From positions 1-10,352 of the forward strand of contig JAQUVR010000019.1 of assembly GCA_028693335.1 (NCBI GenBank): a stretch of 10,352 bases of DNA, in the 5' to 3' direction. A program made the translations under genes and the position numbers. Position 1 is the first letter of the stretch, and each line of letters opens with the position of its first letter. The notes beneath the pieces are model-generated. The model was not told the DNA's origin and did not search any database. It saw only the letters and a program-made list of their open reading frames with translations. The DNA comes from Candidatus Iainarchaeum sp. GTDB taxonomy: Archaea > Iainarchaeota > Iainarchaeia > Iainarchaeales > CSSED10-239. This document shows, in pieces, positions 7,991 to 10,352 of this stretch.

Positions 7991-8605
7991 TTATGCTCTT
8001 TTCTTTCTAATTAAACAAACCTTTTGTGTACCATGTCCTGTTTGTGCACCAGATTTAAAGGCTCTATAATTACCTGGTCTTATAGTTGTAATAGTTGTGC
8101 CTATATTTCCAGAAACAATTGGGTTGATAACTTCCCATTCTAATTCTTCCTCTGTATCAACACATTCAGATTGAGAACCAAAATCAATACTTGTTGGAAG
8201 ATCCATACATATTGGATCTATTGGTTGAAGCCTTATAGATTTTTGTGTATCTTCATACACATATTCCAACAACAAACAAGTATTACCACCCCCACAATAA
8301 GCAGTACATCTAGATGGATCATTATATGTGTTTAATTGAACTGATTCATAAATTTCATTAAAACAAGCCTTTGTTTGAAAATTAATATTTCTTATTACTA
8401 GATCAGAACCCAGAACAACCTCTCTTAATGCCTCTTTAAAATTACTAAGATCAGATCTTTTATTACCAATACAAACATTTTGAGAAAGATTCTTAAGAGC
8501 AAAAGAACCAGCAACAATAACAAAACCCATTAATACAACTGCAACAAGTACTTCAAAAGGAGCACTTACTTGTCCTTTTTTTTTATTAAAAATATTTTTA
8601 GTCAT
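7991..8605 (-). CDS. Pilin-like protein with an archaeal class III signal peptide, 204 aa, 8 Cys
   Basis: The N-terminus is MTKNIFNKKKG|QVSAPFEVLVAVVLMGFVIVAGSFAL, matching the KGQ-x-S-x-x-x-E-x-L pattern of archaeal prepilin/prearchaellin leaders. The C-terminus QKVCLIRKKRA is paralogous to that of the 8891..9427 gene. Confidence 0.8.
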   Translation of the reverse strand: MTKNIFNKKKGQVSAPFEVLVAVVLMGFVIVAGSFALKNLSQNVCIGNKRSDLSNFKEALREVVLGSDLVIRNINFQTKACFNEIYESVQLNTYNDPSRCTAYCGGGNTCLLLEYVYEDTQKSIRLQPIDPICMDLPTSIDFGSQSECVDTEEELEWEVINPIVSGNIGTTITTIRPGNYRAFKSGAQTGHGTQKVCLIRKKRA

Positions 8606-8663
8606 GTTCTACCAATAAAATAGATAAGAAAAAGAATTTAAAAAAGATCTGTTTTAGAAAAAT
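8606..8663 (-). terminator. Oligo-T-rich spacer downstream of the mini-pilin gene; possible partial (attenuating) archaeal terminator
   Basis: On the minus strand, T5 (8662-8658), T6 (8645-8640) and T5 (8633-8629) all fall within a 58-nt spacer. This is the largest gap inside the operon. Oligo-T tracts are the known archaeal termination signal, but they are also common in AT-rich DNA. Confidence 0.3.
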
Positions 8664-8861
8664 CTAAGAAGTTTGTGCAGCAACCTGAGTTGCAGGTAAA
8701 TTTGCAAGACTTGTTTGAGTTTTTACAGATCTGCTAAACATTGGTTTAATTACTGCAATTAAGACAATTGCAACAATTGCAACAATAACAAGCATATAGA
8801 GAGTAGAAGCAGAATCTGTTTGTGCCTTTTGATCTTTTAATATTTTTTGTATAATATTCAT
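8664..8861 (-). CDS. Mini-pilin: 65-aa class III signal-peptide protein and candidate major filament subunit
   Basis: The sequence is MNIIQKILKDQKA|QTDSASTLYMLVIVAIVAIVLIAVIKPMF followed by a 24-aa Ser/Thr/Gln/Ala tail. It has a basic leader, A at -1 and Q at +1, then a very hydrophobic helix. It has no Cys. It carries the best SD in the window: AGGAG (plus-strand ctcct at 8872-8876), 10 nt upstream of the ATG. Confidence 0.7.
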   Translation of the reverse strand: MNIIQKILKDQKAQTDSASTLYMLVIVAIVAIVLIAVIKPMFSRSVKTQTSLANLPATQVAAQTS

Positions 8862-8890
8862 ACTTCTCTAACTCCTTTTATATATTAAAC

Positions 8891-9427
8891 TTATGCTCTT
8901 TTTGGAAAGACTATACAAACTTTTTCACTTGAAAAATCTGTAAAACGACTTTCACAAAGTGATGCCCCATCTGGAACTTCACCAGTAAATTGACCTAAAG
9001 ATGCTTGCATTTCATCCTTATAATCACATAAAACACCAATTTGATATGAAAGTGTTGAACTACTATTGTAAGTTATACTTGCACCACTCTCACCAGAAAA
9101 ATTACTTCCAGGACTAACAATACAAACTTGTTGTCTACTTAAACCTGTTCCTTCAGCAAGAGCAGGAGCAGAAATCGAATCTCCGTTCTTAAATTTAACA
9201 GACTCTGTATATCTTAAAGATCCAACAGAATTTATTTGAGATCTAATTAATGTTTGAGCACTCTCTTCTGGGTTTCCACCAATATTTACATTCTTCATAA
9301 TTATTGGAAGTAAAACACCTAGTAAAGCCAAAGCAACAACAGCAGCAATCAATAACTGAAATGTAGAAAACGCTTGTCCTTTTTTATTTAATTTTAATTT
9401 TTTCATAAAATTTTCAAAATCTATCAT
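8891..9427 (-). CDS. Pilin-like protein with an archaeal class III signal peptide (178 aa using the revised start; the ORF track extends to 9481)
   Basis: From ATG 9427 the leader is MIDFENFMKKLKLNKKG|QAFSTFQLLIAAVVALALLGVLLPI. GGGTGA (plus-strand tcaccc at 9432-9437) lies 4 nt upstream of this ATG. The 18-codon upstream extension (MLIYFVKYYLFKNKKGDI) overlaps the predicted promoter/5'UTR. The protein has 4 Cys and the C-terminus EKVCIVFPKRA. Confidence 0.8.
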   Translation of the reverse strand: MIDFENFMKKLKLNKKGQAFSTFQLLIAAVVALALLGVLLPIIMKNVNIGGNPEESAQTLIRSQINSVGSLRYTESVKFKNGDSISAPALAEGTGLSRQQVCIVSPGSNFSGESGASITYNSSSTLSYQIGVLCDYKDEMQASLGQFTGEVPDGASLCESRFTDFSSEKVCIVFPKRA

Positions 9428-9480
9428 AATGTCACCCTTCTTATTTTTAAATAAATAATATTTAACAAAATAGATTAACA

Positions 9481-9498
9481 AAATATATATAAAACTTG
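9481..9498 (-). promoter_or_regulatory. Archaeal BRE/TATA-like promoter element for the pilin operon
   Basis: The minus strand reads caaGTTTTATATATATTT, with the TTTATATATA core at 9493-9484. A TSS about 25 nt downstream (around 9462) would give a ~35-nt 5'UTR that contains the GGGTGA SD upstream of ATG 9427. Confidence 0.5.
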
Positions 9499-9513
9499 TT
9501 TTTTTAAATAATT

Positions 9514-9522
9514 AAAAAAAAA
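9514..9522 (-). terminator. T9 tract immediately after the stop of the 170-aa membrane-protein gene; candidate archaeal terminator
   Basis: The plus strand has A9 at 9514-9522, which is T9 on the coding strand, directly abutting the TAA stop (9525-9523). Oligo-T is the canonical archaeal termination signal. Confidence 0.4.
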
Positions 9523-10035
9523 TTAGATAATTCCATAAATTAAATTAAAAACATAAACAATTAATGTAGGAATTAATAACATAATTAAATAATCCCACAA
9601 CAATAATTTATGATCAGCCTTATAATATTCCCAAAGATATTCTGTTTTAGTCTTTTTCTTAACCTTTAAAAAATACCACATAGTTCCAAAAATCAAACAA
9701 GTCATTACCCAAATAATAGTAATTGCAAGAGATGATTCTAAAGACAATAACCATTTAGAAAAAAACAACCAACCTAATAATAAAAAAACAATTGTTATTA
9801 TTGAAGAAAAGATCATCTTAAAACCAAGCTTTGCAGTTTCAGTTTTAAAAATTCTTATTATTTTACTAAAGATCCAACTAATAATAAACAAAAGAGTCAT
9901 TAAAATAATTATTGCAAAAATTGTAACTAGTATAACTGTACCAATAAGATACCCAATACCCAAAATTAAAATAGCCAAAAAAATATAAAAAATTTTTGAT
10001 AATATATTTTTATTTTTCATAAAATCACCATACAT
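9523..10035 (-). CDS. Small polytopic membrane protein (170 aa, about 4-5 TM segments), function unknown
   Basis: This is a complete ORF. Hydrophobic stretches are separated by Lys-rich loops (SKIIRIFKTETAKLG, KVKKKTKTEYLWEYYKADHK). Its ATG (10035-10033) directly abuts the TAA (10038-10036) of the upstream gene. It has no GxGD-type aspartyl-peptidase motif. Confidence 0.7.
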   Translation of the reverse strand: MYGDFMKNKNILSKIFYIFLAILILGIGYLIGTVILVTIFAIIILMTLLFIISWIFSKIIRIFKTETAKLGFKMIFSSIITIVFLLLGWLFFSKWLLSLESSLAITIIWVMTCLIFGTMWYFLKVKKKTKTEYLWEYYKADHKLLLWDYLIMLLIPTLIVYVFNLIYGII

Positions 10036-10352
10036 TTAATTATTATAAATATCATTAACAGGTTTTTTATTAAAGAAAAAAACACAAAAAGTTGGACAAA
10101 TGTCAAAAGGATTATTATCATTTCTGGTTAGATCTGTATTAACTTCTGGATAAGAGGAATTAACCACATTTAGTCCATTATGCGCTGTTTGATTACAATA
10201 AACATAAACATCCATTTTTCTATAACTTCCTTTAATTGTAATAAATTCTCCATTATCGCTTTTTACGATCCCCGGTCCAGCAACAAAAGAAACGCAATCT
10301 TTGTTTAGACCACTTAGATTTTGAACAGTTCTTCTATCTAATTGTCCCCTAA
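10036..10352 (-). CDS. 3' end (about 105 codons) of a Cys-containing, probably secreted protein whose start lies beyond the right edge
   Basis: I translated this by hand in the frame that ends at TAA 10038-10036. It is open to the window edge. The sequence is ...RGQLDRRTVQNLSGLNKDCVSFVAGPGIVKSDNGEFITIKGSYRKMDVYVYCNQTAHNGLNVVNSSYPEVNTDLTRNDNNPFDICPTFCVFFFNKKPVNDIYNN*. The visible part has 4 Cys plus N-x-S/T sequons. It is not in the ORF track because it has no start inside the window. Confidence 0.65.
   Translation of the reverse strand, partial: RGQLDRRTVQNLSGLNKDCVSFVAGPGIVKSDNGEFITIKGSYRKMDVYVYCNQTAHNGLNVVNSSYPEVNTDLTRNDNNPFDICPTFCVFFFNKKPVNDIYNN

Noticed and set aside
8641-8656. Near-palindrome aaaaAGATCTgtttt as a hairpin terminator, and recurrent AGATCT hexamers across the window
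   Set aside because: The stem would be almost entirely A-T and very weak. AGATCT is just adjacent AGA/TCT-type codons in this codon usage and recurs inside coding regions on both strands.
5968-9427. Bacterial (for example CPR) type IV pilus operon
   Set aside because: The leaders end in K-G/A|Q. They lack the bacterial G|F/M-x-x-x-E pattern with Glu at +5. The motif, the TATA-box promoters and the oligo-T tracts all fit archaea better.
9428-9481. N-terminal 18-codon extension of the first pilin gene as given in the ORF track
   Set aside because: The extension overlaps the TATA-like element and precedes the GGGTGA SD that serves ATG 9427. It would also create an atypically long, partly hydrophobic leader ahead of the KKG|Q site.
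9523-10035. 170-aa membrane protein as the missing prepilin peptidase (PibD/FlaK/EppA type)
   Set aside because: It is shorter than known members and lacks the two conserved Asp motifs, including GxGD. Nothing beyond being polytopic supports the assignment.
1-10352. tRNA/rRNA genes, CRISPR arrays, IS elements, integrases or toxin-antitoxin pairs
   Set aside because: The window is almost fully coding, with only one spacer over 100 nt. I saw no direct-repeat/spacer periodicity, no terminal inverted repeats and no transposase-like or integrase-like ORF.

Overview
This is a very AT-rich window (roughly 30% G+C by eye; AAA, AGA, TTA and GAA codons dominate). It is almost fully coding, with every gene but one on the minus strand. 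I read it as an archaeal cell-surface / accessory locus, possibly from a small-genome DPANN-type archaeon; the lineage is inference only.

**Why archaeal:** four minus-strand proteins carry short basic leaders ending in K-(G/A)|Q followed by a ~20-residue hydrophobic helix, the archaeal class III (type IV prepilin-like) signal. The intergenic DNA shows TTTATATA-type TATA boxes and oligo-T tracts.

**Layout, in minus-strand transcription order:**
- 10352..10036: 3' end of a Cys-containing gene that starts beyond the right edge.
- 10035..9523: a 170-aa polytopic membrane protein, followed by a T9 tract and a TATA box.
- 9427..5968: a tightly packed six-gene pilin-like operon. It has two paralogous pilin-like proteins, a 65-aa mini-pilin, two N-terminally anchored Cys-containing proteins and a 269-aa KKGQ pilin-like protein.
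- 5294..5971: a convergent plus-strand gene for a Lys/Glu-rich, probably disordered protein.
- 5147..5293: a divergent AT-rich promoter region.
- 5146..4589: a 185-aa polytopic membrane protein.
- 4566..1: a giant ORF that is missing from the supplied ORF track. I translated it by hand. It is open for all 1522 codons and runs off the left edge. It starts with a Sec-type signal peptide.

**Not seen:** pilus ATPase, platform protein, prepilin peptidase, tRNA/rRNA, CRISPR array or transposase.

**Limits:** I recognise no catalytic or named domain in any of these proteins. All functional calls rest on signal-peptide, topology and composition logic, not on homology searches.
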